A DNA stretch of 57,419 nt, counting the filler, from Platydemus manokwari (lineage: Eukaryota): assembly GCA_037951405.1 (NCBI GenBank). It is 4 parts of 4 records of this genome, joined end to end, with 100 filler letters (N's around TTAATTAATTAA, not from the genome) between each part and the next. Parts side by side here need not be neighbours in the genome. Positions count along the whole stretch, not along the records: positions 19,506 to 30,590 come from JBBMOY010919975.1; positions 30,691 to 45,342 come from JBBMOY011422534.1; 2 more parts are not named here. One strand, 5' to 3'. Numbering within the stretch: position 1 is the stretch's first letter; every line of letters begins with the position of its first letter. The translations under genes and the position numbers were made by a program. The notes beneath the pieces are model-generated. The model was not told where the DNA came from, did no database searches, and saw only the letters and a program-made list of their open reading frames with translations. This document shows, one piece after another, positions 27,501 to 40,949 of the stretch.

Positions 27501-28170
27501 AAAAAATTAAAATTTGTTTAAATATTGTAGTTAAATGCACTTTTTTGTGTTGGCTTCTGAAAATTGCTTTCAAATCCCATTTAATGAAATAGCAACTGCT
27601 AACACAAACAAGTATGGGGGAATTATTTTTGTTTTCGGACGGGTTTTAATTAATTTATTTTCTCATTCGATATATGGCGAATTTGAACATCATTTTCAAC
27701 AAACTAATAACACTATCCCAGAAAAACGATTGATAAAACTTTCGCTTTTCTATTTAAAACTTGGATTCCATAACAAATCATATTATCTTACCATATATGA
27801 CACTCTTCTCTGGAGATATCAAACGTAACGTAAATTTCGTTCCAACGGATATGGATCTGAGTTTATTGGCGATATCGAAATGTCTCCTACCGACGAAAGA
27901 TTCGTCATCAATTTTTTCAATGTGATCACCAACATCGATTAAGCCCAATCCAAGCTTACTAATTTGACTCGATTCGCGAATTCGTTTAATAAATGCCCTT
28001 CCAACACCATTATCTGTGATAGTTAATCCCAACGAATCTTCAGCTTTGCAAATATCGATTTCCTTTTTTTGACCTTTGATATGCACGAAAATGAAATCAT
28101 CCAATCCCAAATGGGAACCGAGCAAACGATCCATATCGACTTTGTGAGTATTAAGAGTGCAAAAGAGAAT
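21587..28170 (-). CDS. GIPC: GIPC-family PDZ domain adaptor, 5'-partial
   Basis: Exons: 28170-27792 (ILFCTLNTHKVDMDRLLG..LGLTITDNGVGRAFIKRI, PDZ), 25865-25756 (GNGKKTIRI), 23061-22980 (LVEKSLGISDNEM) and 21831-21587 (KNPSDF..EMGEFGFPNSLIFDFWGVITDAK, GH2). I did not find the N-terminal GH1 exon (LAHGSPT motif). Confidence 0.93.
21962..22153. repeat. ~48-bp direct repeat pair
   Basis: AAAATAGAATAAAATATTGATGCAAAYGACTTATGTTTTTACT occurs near 21968 and 22111. Confidence 0.8.
22359..22428 (-). pseudogene. tRNA-like (Gln-TTG-like) pseudogene or SINE head in a GIPC intron
   Basis: Minus strand GCTTGCAGTCTAGTGTT..AATTTGAAT..GTTCGAATCCACCGATGAGC has an A-box-like motif and a perfect B box. The stems are imperfect. 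Confidence 0.55.
24557..25010 (+). mobile_element. hAT (Buster/Charlie-like) non-autonomous element, left end
   Basis: CAGTGATTCCCAAACT TIR preceded by an nnnTAnnn-type site; the right end is not clear. Confidence 0.5.
27101..27236. mobile_element. Short MITE-like element
   Basis: TTAAGGGGAACCCACCCTATT ... AATAGGGTAGTTC imperfect terminal inverted repeat. Confidence 0.4.
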
Positions 28171-29881
28171 CTATCGAATTAATAAAACATCTGATATGAT
28201 TTTATATCGTTTAACATTTGTTCGTTGAACGTTGGTGTAATGATCAAAGCTAATTGAAAACCTTGATCAGAAATAATGAAACACATGACATGTTAATTTT
28301 AAATATTATCCTGAATCAGGATTCCTTAATCAGTGATACAAGCACTACTACTGACGCATTATTTTTTTCTAATGTGTTAACATTTACAAAAAATTCATTT
28401 ATTATGTGTTGAGTACGTAAGAAATAAACATTTTAAAAAATTCTAAATATACCCAGCAATAATCTAAACGAAAATCAATAATAGTTTACTTAAATAAAAA
28501 TCAATAGAATATTCTAGAAAAATTTGCTTAAATGAATCAATTTTATAATGTATGCAGAGAAATTATAGTCAATTTTGAAAACAACTGCCAGTCTTTTTTG
28601 GTCGTTAATCTTCATTCTGTTCTGTGACTTTTGTGTGATTTTACTGACAGTCAGTCTTCTTGATTGTCTTCTAATCTGTATTCAACTATCGAGTGCTGAT
28701 CCCGTCTTGAGTGATAATTTATTATATATTATGTTATATTATGATTTTAATCGTACCTACCTACGAATTGAGCCTGTGATTCTTTGTAGTTTAAATTATA
28801 ATTTTCAGATTTCGTTATTTATAGATAGATCTTCTTTGAATGTCACTCTTGTCTTAGGAGTTTTACGGTTGATTTTTGGTAATTTTAAAAACCCACCAAT
28901 CCCCTTATGATTAACTGTCATTTATTAAAATTATCAAGAATAACCCCCCATTCTCATCATAATTATGACTGGGATACAAGCCAAAAATATTCTTTAATTA
29001 TCAATACCATCGTTATTCTTTTAATGGTTTCTAAAACACTCGCAATAATATGTAATCAATAAGTCTTACAATTGATTAGATGGTTTATATCTTTTATCTA
29101 GATTGATCTATCTGGAGTATTAATAAATCATATATTATAAGTGTTATTACTGATTATAGTAACCTTGTAACTCAGTAGTTGTTGCAATTTTGTATTGAAA
29201 AGAAGCTCTTGAAAAGAAGCTCTCAACTTGAGATCTGTATTTAGCTAAAGAATGAATTTATCTATTTCATATACTAATTTGATATTTACTTATATATTTT
29301 TACACACGATATTTGATCGGAAACTGATGTTCATATATCAATAAACTAATGTTGTTGTACAAATTATTAAATGTTTGTAGAATAATTGCAGTCGTAAAAC
29401 TGACAAAAAAATCATAAATTATCGATTACTAATACAATCTCAGATGCAGTTGTTTTGTGTATCGGTAATTATGTCGGTATGCCGCTAAAATCAATTGGTA
29501 CTTAATATTGTTGAAAATAATAATAATAATAATAATTATTATTATTGTCATCAATTTAAGATTAATGACGATTAATGATAGTGAAAACCTTTCAAGCATA
29601 GATATTACACAAACAACTTTGAGATAGTCAAGAATGGATATATAAGTTTGTGAAATAGGTTGATGTAATAATAAAATCAATCCGTATTATATAATAATAA
29701 TTATTATTATCCAAATTAATAAAATCGATATTATGATGATATGTTTGATGAAAACTTAATTTTCCTTTACAGATATAAATATAAATTCAAATATTTCAAT
29801 GACAAATGTGTGATTTCAATCCCTTAATATGCATAGATTCATCAAATTTTGAAAGGAATATTTTCAAAGAACACGACCTTG

Positions 29882-30590
29882 GGTGACCATGCAGTGTAGT
29901 TTAATAAGGAATTATCACATTTATTAAAAAGATATCTTTATATTTAAATTCAAATATTTACGATGAAATAATAATTATTAAGAAATATAATTATATCAAA
30001 CTCGTGAGCTTCATCTTATATGATAGTTTCTAACATTAAAAAACTAATCTATTAAAGTAAAATCAAGATTTTAGACCAGTGTTTTTTAACCTTTTTGTAG
30101 ACATGGTAGCCTTATCAAACACCGAGTTTGTTGCGTAACCGTTCCCACCCATGTTAATCTTAAAATTGTATGTGTTGAATGACAACAGCCTTATTAGCTT
30201 CAGTTTAATTATCCATTTTCATGAATCTAAGACAAGTAACCGAAAATGCTTTTTTGAAAAAGTATAAAGGATGTTATTGTTCAGAAAAATTGTTGAAGAT
30301 GTAGTCACTGCTTTGTCTAATTGTGAAAAAGGTTGAACACAAGTCGTTGCTGCCCCATTGGTCTATAAAATTCTTCATTTTTGAATAGGTATTTTAATAA
30401 TAAACTAGCTAAATGCAACAGGACTACATCAAAAGTTGCTGATTTTATTGTGACATCACAAACACTATAACCAATTAGGTGACCATGCAGTGTAGTTTAA
30501 TAAGGAATTATCCCATTTATTAAAAAGATATCTTTATATTTAAATTCAAATATTTACGATGAAATAATAATTATTAAGAAATATAATTAT
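29882..30590. repeat. ~113-bp near-identical direct repeat (29882-29994 and 30478-30590)
   Basis: GGTGACCATGCAGTGTAGTTTAATAAGG...AATATAATTAT is repeated at a 596-bp offset with one visible mismatch. The second copy ends at the gap. Confidence 0.9.
30077..30160 (+). mobile_element. hAT-like element left end
   Basis: TTTTAGAC|CAGTGTTTTTTAACCTTTTT resembles a Charlie/Buster TIR. Confidence 0.4.
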
Positions 30591-30690
30591 NNNNNNNNNN
30601 NNNNNNNNNNNNNNNNNNNNNNNNNNNNNNNNNNTTAATTAATTAANNNNNNNNNNNNNNNNNNNNNNNNNNNNNNNNNNNNNNNNNNNN
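30591..30690. other. Assembly spacer
   Basis: N-run with the TTAATTAATTAA linker. Confidence 0.97.
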
Positions 30691-30884
30691 TTTTTATCTC
30701 ATAAACCGTTGATCATCATGTGAATAGTATAAAATTTTAGTTTGTTATGTCAACAAAACACTAATACTTTTAAAAATATATTTAAATGTGAATAATTAAC
30801 AATAATATTCATTGAAAATATAAAAATATTCATAGTCACCGTGCTTTATCTTCATTTATCTTTGTCAATAATTCTGGATTTTTA

Positions 30885-31826
30885 CTATCTTCTTTTACAT
30901 TTGAAAAAGCTGAGAATCTTCTCCCGTATAGGCTTATTGGTGACGATATAAATCGATGGATCGGTAATTACGGACGAAAACAGGCAACAAACAACGATAC
31001 GATATCCAACACTGGGAAAAAATGCATGAAACCCAATTGCTAGACACAGTGGTACAAATTGCATTCCATAAGCAAACATGATAAGAAAAAGAGACTTTAT
31101 CAGTTTCATCTCTGATGAAGATGATGGTTTTTCCTTGTTATTTCCCGGTTGGGTTTTACCAGTTGTGCTGACTGAATTTTCCGGTTCTCGCATGTTCTGA
31201 ATTTTTTTTTGATGACGAGCATAGAAAATAAATATTTGAATATACAATGATAGCATAAATAAAAAATTGGTCAAAGTAATAGCATCAATTAATATTGATT
31301 TAAACAAACCCGGTTGGACAGTACAGATGAAATATTGATGATTGAATGCAGTAACGTTTTTGACTCTAAAATAAATTAACGAACACAGGAAAAAAACTGT
31401 GGCATATTTCGTAATGAAGAAAAGTATCAGGACTTTATTTTGCTGCCTTAATACATGTTTCATATACCAGTTGCGGTACACGATCATTGCATATCTATCA
31501 AGAGCTATAGCTAATTGAACAAAAACACTACCACCAAATCCAGCGTAGCTTACGCTTGTAATAATTCTACAAGACATTTCATCAATAAACAAAATTTTAT
31601 TTTTATCTTGATATATAATATAGTTTATAAATCGAATTGCTTTGGGTAGAGCTCCCACTACCGAAACTATGACATCAGAAAACATGACAACCACCAACAA
31701 ATATTCGTAGACCCTAGTTTTTTTCATTCCGGCCATAACGAGGAACGTACTCGTCGATAAGATAAATCCACCGATGAAAACAAAGGTATACCATATACAT
31801 GGGATTATATCTAACGCAGAAATCAT
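30885..31826 (-). CDS. Orphan rhodopsin-like (class A) GPCR, intronless
   Basis: Seven hydrophobic helices, TM2 SD, Cys at the top of TM3, ALDRY, TM6 FVP, TM7 DPSIY and helix 8 NKPIREKILSFFKC. Confidence 0.9.
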   Translation of the reverse strand: MISALDIIPCIWYTFVFIGGFILSTSTFLVMAGMKKTRVYEYLLVVVMFSDVIVSVVGALPKAIRFINYIIYQDKNKILFIDEMSCRIITSVSYAGFGGSVFVQLAIALDRYAMIVYRNWYMKHVLRQQNKVLILFFITKYATVFFLCSLIYFRVKNVTAFNHQYFICTVQPGLFKSILIDAITLTNFLFMLSLYIQIFIFYARHQKKIQNMREPENSVSTTGKTQPGNNKEKPSSSSEMKLIKSLFLIMFAYGMQFVPLCLAIGFHAFFPSVGYRIVVCCLFSSVITDPSIYIVTNKPIREKILSFFKCKRR

Positions 31827-34639
31827 CTTTCAAGCAAACTTTCTGCTTTCCATATGTTTACTTATATATCGAATTGTTCCTTATAATTGGCAATATCAAT
31901 AATTGAACTTCCGTTAATTTGTGTTCCATTTTTTTTAAAAATTAAATTGGTGAAACTTTCATTATTAACCTCGAGATTGTTATATTCGATGTATTGATTC
32001 TATACGAAGGCAGCAAAGAAGACAATTACTGACTATTAATTAAAGCATGAAATTTTTAATACCAACAAGGAAACTGATTAAACGAGATCCATTTTAATTA
32101 ACTAAATAAAATCATTTAGTACTGTAATATTAAATGGAATTAATGTTTCGAAAAATAATCGTACTGGTAATATTTAGATTTTATGAAAACCAATTAATAA
32201 GATTTTTAAAAAATTATAATCATAATTAAATTATTTCATTAATCATTTTAATTGTAAGTTATGGAAAATAATCATTGACATTATGAAATAATTCGACTCT
32301 GTTATTGAATTGTTGAATTAATATGGAAATGTTTAACGTGCTTCTCTTGTGTTAATAACTTTTTTGTCATCAGTTTGTGAATGGAACGTTGTTTTTATTA
32401 GATTTTATTTTAATGATTATTTGTTTTTCTTATGCTATTTTGGTCATTAGTAATTTCATTATTTTCCATTAATGTTTAAATTTTATTACATTTTATTCTC
32501 ATTATATTATATTTTAATATTATTATTTATTATTTTCATATTATTATTAATTAATCTTATTTCTTCATTATACTTAAATCTCTTGAAATAAATATTAATA
32601 TTATATTAACTAAATCACAGTTGAGTGAATATTATTTTCCATGAGACACCAGAGATTCCAATGATGATAAACAATATTTGTAATTGATTTACATTCTGTT
32701 CCAAACATCCAGCCGATTTTGATTATGTTCCAGAAAAAAGTAAAATGTATTTGACATCACATTTATTTTCACATACTTATTAATTGACCGCTTTTGGCTA
32801 TAACCCAGTCACACCTAATTATAATTAATGTCTAACTTTACAAGAAATTTTACAAAAGCACGTGGTTATGAGATACTTAATCTTAACCATCTTCAAATCT
32901 TTGAAGAAACCATGCGTCTCTTAAGTCAATGACGTAAGAACTACTGCCTATAAACTCAGTTCTACCTAAATAGAACATCAAACATAACATCATAATTAAT
33001 AAATTTTATTATACCAAAACCTGCCTAAAAATGTTTAAATATCAATACTTTTTTTCAAGTGAGTGACCAAATGTCAAATCTCTCAATAGTTTTCCAAATG
33101 AGAAAAAATTCGATGTTCTGTTCACTTTATATAGTCCTACTACTAATACTTATTTATAAACATTGATATTCGTGATACCCATACATTAAAATATGGGATG
33201 TATATGGTTCGTTTTTTCGATCGATCCATGAATCACAGTTCGCTAGTTCAATCATACAATCAATTCAACATTTTATTCAATTCTGTATCCCCCATCCAAT
33301 TGATGTTGTCTTGGAAATCTTCTTCCCTTATTTTTGAGGCTGTCTTTGTTGCTGTTCTCTTTCCCGTAAGGAACTTCGCTTGTATGGATAACTCGCATTT
33401 ATATTCGTCTTTATGCAGGCAAGAGCTATCTTATTTATCATTTTCTTGTTCATTCATAATTTCTTTAGGACTGTATTTTTCGTCTGTGTTTGCCAAGTTC
33501 CGAGAACTCTTACAACAAAAGTGAACAGTTCCAGACCAATTGGGCCGCTTTTTTATCGCATTTGGAGGTCTGTTTCTTTTTCTATCTACTTTTAAGCTGT
33601 TTCGGCCATTAAAGCAGGTTTGTACATGGGACATTTTACATAGGCTAGGACGATCGTGGATCATTTATCAGTTGAAGATCTACCCTTAATTTGGATTAAG
33701 TGAATTAGTAAAAAATAGTATTAATAAGTTATAATAATAGAATTAAAATTTATAACAAAGAAAAGTGTCCGCTTATTGATAAGAGGAAGACATAATATAT
33801 AAATATTTATTGATAAAACACAGTTTTATAATACAAGTCAGACAGCGTCCGACACCATCACCACATAATGGCAGGGCAAAATATCACAGGATTCTCTTCG
33901 TCTCACACACGTTTATTCTCGTCTATCCAAGTTTGCTGGACACCTCATCATCCTCATTAAAATTGTTCTTATTTATCTCGACGTTGGTTTGATTTACCTA
34001 AAAAAGCAGTCAGAAATAATTCAAATTTCATTATTTGTTTTAATTAACTTAAAGGGATAAATATTTAATATATTCTGAATTATTCACTAATAGTATAAAA
34101 AAGAGGTTTTTAATTTAATGATAAACAAACAAAGGAAGACAAAATATACATATGTAGCTTTTGATAAAGATATAATTTTTGAAAATTTGTTAAGTATAAA
34201 GTACTTTTGATGTAAAATATAAATAATAAAACTAGAAAAAACGTACGAATTACCTTTGAATGAAGTTCACCAAAACAAACTTAAAAATATTTAATTATTC
34301 AATAAACCTTAAATTAATTTATAGTATCTTTTTTTTAATTTATGAACCATAAACATTTTTAAATATTAAAATTATTTCATTTTTCATACGATCAATAATA
34401 TAATCAAATTTTTATAAATTATTTAAACAATATAAAACATACATGGATAATTATCGATCCACATAATTATCCCTTAATTGAAATTTGAATTTTATTATAA
34501 ACAAAATCTGCCACTTCAAACGAGTTATAAACCCCTTTCGTTGACGAAATTCCATTAGTTTCAAAATATATGAAATATATAGACATATATGTTGTATTTT
34601 GGTTTCACAGTCTTTTTCTATTCTACTTTATCAACTAAA

Positions 34640-34880
34640 TTTCAATTTCTTTGGGCAGTATCAGAGTCTAATCAGCCTCATGGAGTTCTTATAACCCCAT
34701 GTATACACTAAAACTATTATTATTTGATCTTCTTTCGCCTTGATCGTATCAATCCCCATATGAAGACAGGATGAACAGCTCAATAATTTTGCTTTATTAA
34801 TTATCAGTCTCAATTTATTGTTATTATTTGCCTCTTGACACCCTTCTAAAAAGGTGGCGAAATGATAATGCAATGATTCT
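34640..34880 (-). mobile_element. Gypsy integrase zinc-binding (H2C2) relic
   Basis: LHMGIDTIKAK resembles the H..H.GI..T motif; the surrounding frame is disrupted. Confidence 0.4.
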
Positions 34881-35729
34881 TCTCAGACAATGAAATGATG
34901 CTTAAGGCACTCAAAACCAAAACCAACTCGTTTATGTTTATACACTTTTATTATTAATACAATTATAAAATAAATGGCTACATTTATACGACAATTATGG
35001 CTATAAATTACTACTTTTTTACGACTTGCTATGGTTAAATATGAACGATACTTATATAAACTTAAACGGAATGAATTTCTATTCTAGTCATTCAAAAATG
35101 GGGGTGGAAAATGATGTTTATTATTTTTTAATAAAAGAGATTTATTTTTATTGATGTTCATTTTGTTGCCATCCAAATTCTACTTTGTTTTAAATAAGAG
35201 TTATTTATTTTGTAAGGGTATTTTGAATATTTTGATATTTTGAAAAAGGGATATTTTTTAGTTGTTTGGTTTAAAATATGGATTGATTTTTCGGGATTAA
35301 TTATATTTTTTAATAATAGGTTCTTTAATTATAACTTTAACTTAACTTTTCAAAGTCATTTCTATTCAATTTTATTTTATCATATTAATTGTTAACGAAC
35401 TCTCTCCAGAAAAATTAGTAAAATAAAAAGATATTATTATTAATAAAAATTACTACCAATATACACAAATATTTACATGATAATATAACATGATACACAC
35501 AAAAATGGATTCGGAGTCATATCTCCTAAATAAACAATGTCATTATTTCAAAAATCCAACATATATATTAAAGTGGTACAAACAAGTATATATACTGTGA
35601 AAATTCATAAGTCTCCGTCTCCAAAACTAAAACAAAACAACAATAGGAACAAACTAAATGTATTGAGTTACTTTAATGCACAACAAAACACAATAACAGT
35701 AAGAAAAAATAACGGTAAATAATAAGCAA

Positions 35730-35850
35730 ATTCATAGAAACTGTTCCAAATACTCACCATTTTGCTCTAAACAGGGATTACATAACATTTATGGACGACT
35801 TCTTGGCTGATGTTTATTAATTCATTTGAAATTGCTTCTTTGCGTTTGCT
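35730..35850 (-). mobile_element. Tc1/mariner transposase C-terminal relic, homologous to 12320-12454
   Basis: KEAISNELINISQEVVHKCY versus EEAISHELININQEVVCKCY, with a clear nucleotide match. Confidence 0.65.
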
Positions 35851-38141
35851 GAGCAGTGTATGAGCTACACGATTGAAGTGTTGTTGAAATTCTTGGCAAG
35901 CTTTGACAATGCTCTGATACATCATTACACTGATGACACGACGAGCAATTATTAGTAATAGAATTCTATGAGATTTTTAGTTGATTCAATTAATCAATTT
36001 TCAATTCTCAACACCTGATATTATGAAAATAGTTTTCAACTGTTAGACTATTTTCAGCACTCTATTCGATAAAATATAAGAAATAATAAATATTATTATT
36101 TGAACTGAAATAACTTGAGAAATAAAACAACGACAAATTAACTCATATCGAATTAATTACGAAATTGTTTTAAAATCATCTGACAAATAAGACATTCACC
36201 CATAATTTTAATTTAAATCAAGAATATAAAAATAATAAATCATATACTAAATATAAAAATAATTGAATACAAGCGCAAACAAAAAAGTAAATAAAACACA
36301 ACATCTATGGCAATTGTAAAAAGAAATAGAAAAAAATAATAAGCAACCAATCAGGAATAGAAGTAAAGAAAATCAATATTTAAAGAAACACAAAATACAG
36401 AAAAATCGCACAAATAATTTTGACTACAACAGCAAAGGAGCAAATACAAGTAATTATTATTAATGTTCATATTGTCAGAAAGGGAATTATTAAATCATAA
36501 ATTCACGGCGTAAAAGTTCTCAAAGAACATTTGAAATCTTTCGAAATTATCTCCCCAGACCAGCATTGGATGGCAGTAGTTCCCAACATGGGTTTTTAAT
36601 TGTCTTCAGGGAATGACTTTGTCACAGTTAATAACTCGGTATAACTTAAAATCGACTAGTGAATTTATTATTACTGGGTAATTGTTCAGAGTAATTAATT
36701 GCATACAACAGATCGATAAAATAAATATTACTTGTCTTCGATTATTTTATTATGTATCTATCTAACTCAAATTTATGCAAGCAACCTGCGCTTCGGTACA
36801 GTAACAAATCAGATATTGGTGAAATTATCTAACCATATATCTACCCTCACATCTAATAAATCATCACAGATATCATCAAATTCAGTCAGAATGTATAATT
36901 AAATTTTTGATTCAGATATCACTATAAAAAGATACAAAGGCGACTACTATAGTATATCACTTTCAACGGCTTTAAGTCGCAATGCAGTTTTCAACGTGTA
37001 GAAAACCCAATTGTATATGACGAAAAGAATTTTTAAACACCATACAATAATCATCAAGTGACCACAGTCAATAACACTAAGAAAAGAAACAGGTGAGAAG
37101 CTGAAGTGTAGACCTTGATGCTTGAATAAAATTCAAAGCCAAATCCAAATGTTTCTTTGACATTTATTGATTATATTTATTTTGACACTAAATAAACATT
37201 TCACTGTATCTATGCTCTAACATTAATTATTTAACTGATACAAAAATGATTTTTAATAACTTAAAAGTTATAAAATATATATTATAAATCAAAAATTTAA
37301 ATTATCATTTTAGAAACGAACAAAATTAAATAAATCATCACAAAACTCTGATTAAGAATTTTGAAAGTTTTTTATATATAATCATGATATAATAAAAAAA
37401 AGTGATCTTATATACGTGTTTGCGATTGTCAACGTAATTAAAACCACATGCATCAATTAATTCATACTACGAATTTACGAGGTTAAACTTACTAACAACT
37501 TTTCAACAATATAGACACAACAGAATAATTTAAATTTCTTGCAAGCATTTTAATTTGTTCGGAAATTACCATGTCTCGGACCAACTTTAGCAAACATTTT
37601 CATGTAAGATATAAACAATTATTTAGCACAGTGAGTGAAAAATCATTACAAAACAATTATTTTAATTTTATTCCTTTTTATTTTATCATTCTGTTATTTT
37701 CGTTAACACGTAGGTTGACATTTTTAAGATATGGTCATAATAATTTTACAAGTCCCTTCATCTATTCACAGCAAAGTTTCATAGAATTATGGATAAATAT
37801 AATTTTCACTTGGGTTTATTATACTATTATTTAACTTTATAATTATCAATCACCACTTCAATAAATCTTTCTTAGTTATCTTACTAAAGTCAGAACTCAT
37901 CGAAAGTTACAAATAAGCAGTTATCTCAAAAGAATGGGTTTTGCTTTATTAAGTTAGTGTATTTGTAATGTTATTCGTTCTAAGACATCAGATAGTAATA
38001 TTGAGCCGTTTGAATGAAGGAAAATATGTTTTTTGTGATTTGTCAAGAGGGTTTATATTTATAAAAAATCTTTTTATAGACTATGTAAAACATATTTTAT
38101 GTTTATGTTGTTTAAATAATAAAGATTTTAAATTATATGGT

Positions 38142-39079
38142 ATGAGTAATATTAATTTAGAAGATTATTATGTATCAATTGAATATTTGAATAATTTTCA
38201 AGATAATAGTATTGAAAATTGGATCAGTAGTGGAAAATCTAAAAAGGTTTTTTAATTTTAAATCTTCGAATAAGTATTAAATTTTCAATATAGATTAAGA
38301 AGAAACTAAAGAAGTTAAATAAACATGGTGGATCGTTCACTTCTAACAATTATCAAGTTACTAGCACAGAACCCATATTAGTTCCATTTTTATATAAAAA
38401 TGGAGAAAATATAGTTATTGAGTATGCAGAAACCAGACATATTCATTTTTATCCCACTCTAAATAATTCAATATGTGAAATATCAAATAATAATACAGAT
38501 GCTATTCTCGATGAAAGTGATAACAACAATACATTTCGACATTCTTTAGACAGCGGAATAGCTCCTGCTGACAAAACAAACAAAAGAAAAATTCCAAATG
38601 AAGATAAATCTGATGAGAATTCAGGAAAATCGACAAACAAAAAACAAAAACTCGATGTTAATTTCATTCACAATAAGGAAATTAATGAGAATAAAATTGA
38701 TTCGAATCCAGTACCATCAAAAGATAATCAGGACCACCAAGATATTTCAACAGATAAAGCTTTCTTGAAAGTTGACAGTAAATCGAAAAAGAAAAGGAAA
38801 TCTAAAACGAATAACATTGCCGAGAACTCCGCAACTACAATTCAACCCGACATGTCCGCACCGACAGATATTTCAGTCCCCATCAAAATCGACCCACCGA
38901 GTTCGATTTCTGTCCAACCAGAACAAAATTCAGTCGCACCAGCTAAGATGAAAAGAAAATCCAAAGTGTCAAATGAAAAAACCAAGACCCAATCAGACAA
39001 AAAGGTGAATGACATGTCGAAAGGAGACCTTTTGCCAACACCAAATCATGACACAAAAAAATCCAAACAGTCACCATAA
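38142..39079 (+). CDS. Two-exon lysine-rich, low-complexity protein (~296 aa), possibly RNA polymerase I RPA34/PAF49-like
   Basis: Exon 1 38142-38246, a 47-nt GT-AG intron, then exon 2 38294-39079 open throughout. A small folded-looking N-terminus is followed by a K/S/N/D-rich tail with NLS-like KSKKKRK. The family call is a guess from architecture. Confidence 0.75.
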
Positions 39080-40949
39080 TGTTTTAATATATAAATAATT
39101 ATGATTTTTGACTTTTTATTGTGATTTTTTTTTAAAACAATATTGATTTTAGTGCTAAATCAATTTATCAGTATTGCAGAAATCTTTGTGTGGTTTTGTG
39201 TCGTCATTCTTGCTAGCCAATCAAATCGAATCTTCAAAATATCAACAGCTAATGGAATTGTTTGAAATTATTATTACATTAAACATGCTAACATTGTGTA
39301 ATCCATTTCTGGCAACGTCATGTATGTGCATTAAATTTAATATGATACTCGTCCAGTCATGACACTTAAAATTAAAAATTCTCGTGTAAATTTGAATTTA
39401 TCACGGAGATCAATCTATTGATCAACTTGGAAAGAGCTTTATAAAAATGTATCATTTTTATTCAGCATTAATTAATAATAGCTTCGTAAGGCTATTAAAA
39501 ATAGAACGGTTATATTTACTGCTATCAATAAGTCCTTTCAGTACCTCGTGGCACAAGCAGAAAAAGTGTATATATTAATTTTGATATGATAATATTTCGG
39601 CGGTCAAATGCCTCGTCATTGTTTCGTATCAGCCGTAGATAGTATTACAGAAATTTAAAAATTCTGCTATTTGTTTATTGAGTTGTTATAAACAAATGAC
39701 TTAATAATACTTTTCTCAATAGTTCGAAACCCAGAATTACTATCTTGTGACTGACGTCATGTTCAAAGTCCGGAAATGATAAAAATTGTACACACAATTA
39801 ACTAAGATGCATTGTTGCTAACAATCGGAATCGATTCCAAATTGAACTGCTATTATAAATAGCCTTAATGGGTTTATGATTATATCGTACATCATCGATG
39901 TCAGTATTTATATAAATCAGTCCATGACCCCGAGAGTGCTTTGCTTGTTTGTTAGTTTGGTTTGGAGCTGTGTACGCTTTATTCGAAGTTTATATTTTTT
40001 TATTTTGTTTCTTATTTTTCTATGGTTTGTTTTTAAGGCCATCACAACTCAGTCGTGAATTGAGTGATATTATTGGCCAATCTTAAATTGGCTGAATTTT
40101 TCTAGTACAATAATGGCTATTTTTGTAAATTTTATTATTACGATTTAATGATTAATGTGTCTGGGATTCACATGAATAGATTATGACAAATTATAATAGT
40201 AGGATAATAAATATCTCTTCACTATGTAGAAACGATAGAATAATTATCAAATTGACTAATGAATAAAATGAATGTTGAGATTTCATGTTTTTCTAACTTA
40301 AATATGCAAGGCTTAACACGCAAAAATTCTGTTGGCAGTTGGCCAAAAATATTAAAACAGAATTACATAAAGGTACTTCCACCCACTGGTTACATGTTTC
40401 CTCTGGGAATGTTTTACACGTTATTTATACTGTATTCGACTTAGAATTTTGCTACAAGCAAATTGTTTTTTACATTTTATTTAATATTTTATTTAATCAA
40501 TAAAGTGTGTACGTATTATTATTATCATTATTATTATTACTATTATGTATATTTTTATCTATTATCGCTCTTTATTTTTTAGTTATTACTGACTTCTTTC
40601 AGCTAGATAGTTAAAAGTAAATCCATGAAAAGTCACATTGGACGAATTGAAAGATTAAATAAATTAGTGTAAAATTAATATTGATATATTAAAAAACAAA
40701 AATGTTCGAATTTTGCCAAAATTCTTTTACAACGCTGATGCAGATAAACAATTATTTAATTAATTGAACTGGCATGAAATTATGAATTGAGTTGCTAGTT
40801 TGATTTATTTGGCTGGATTTTTTGGATTCATCCTTTTAGGTGGTGAATTAGTAGGAGATATTAATTGATTGAGCCGAAAGATTGTGAATTTGACATTGTT
40901 TCTGCTGTAGCGAAGGAGGCCATTTTAAAGGTCAGTGGCCATTGAGAAA

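Noticed and set aside
29882-30590. Near-identical direct repeat as LTR pair or regulatory array
   Set aside because: The second copy ends exactly at a contig end, so a tandem duplication or assembly artefact is more likely.
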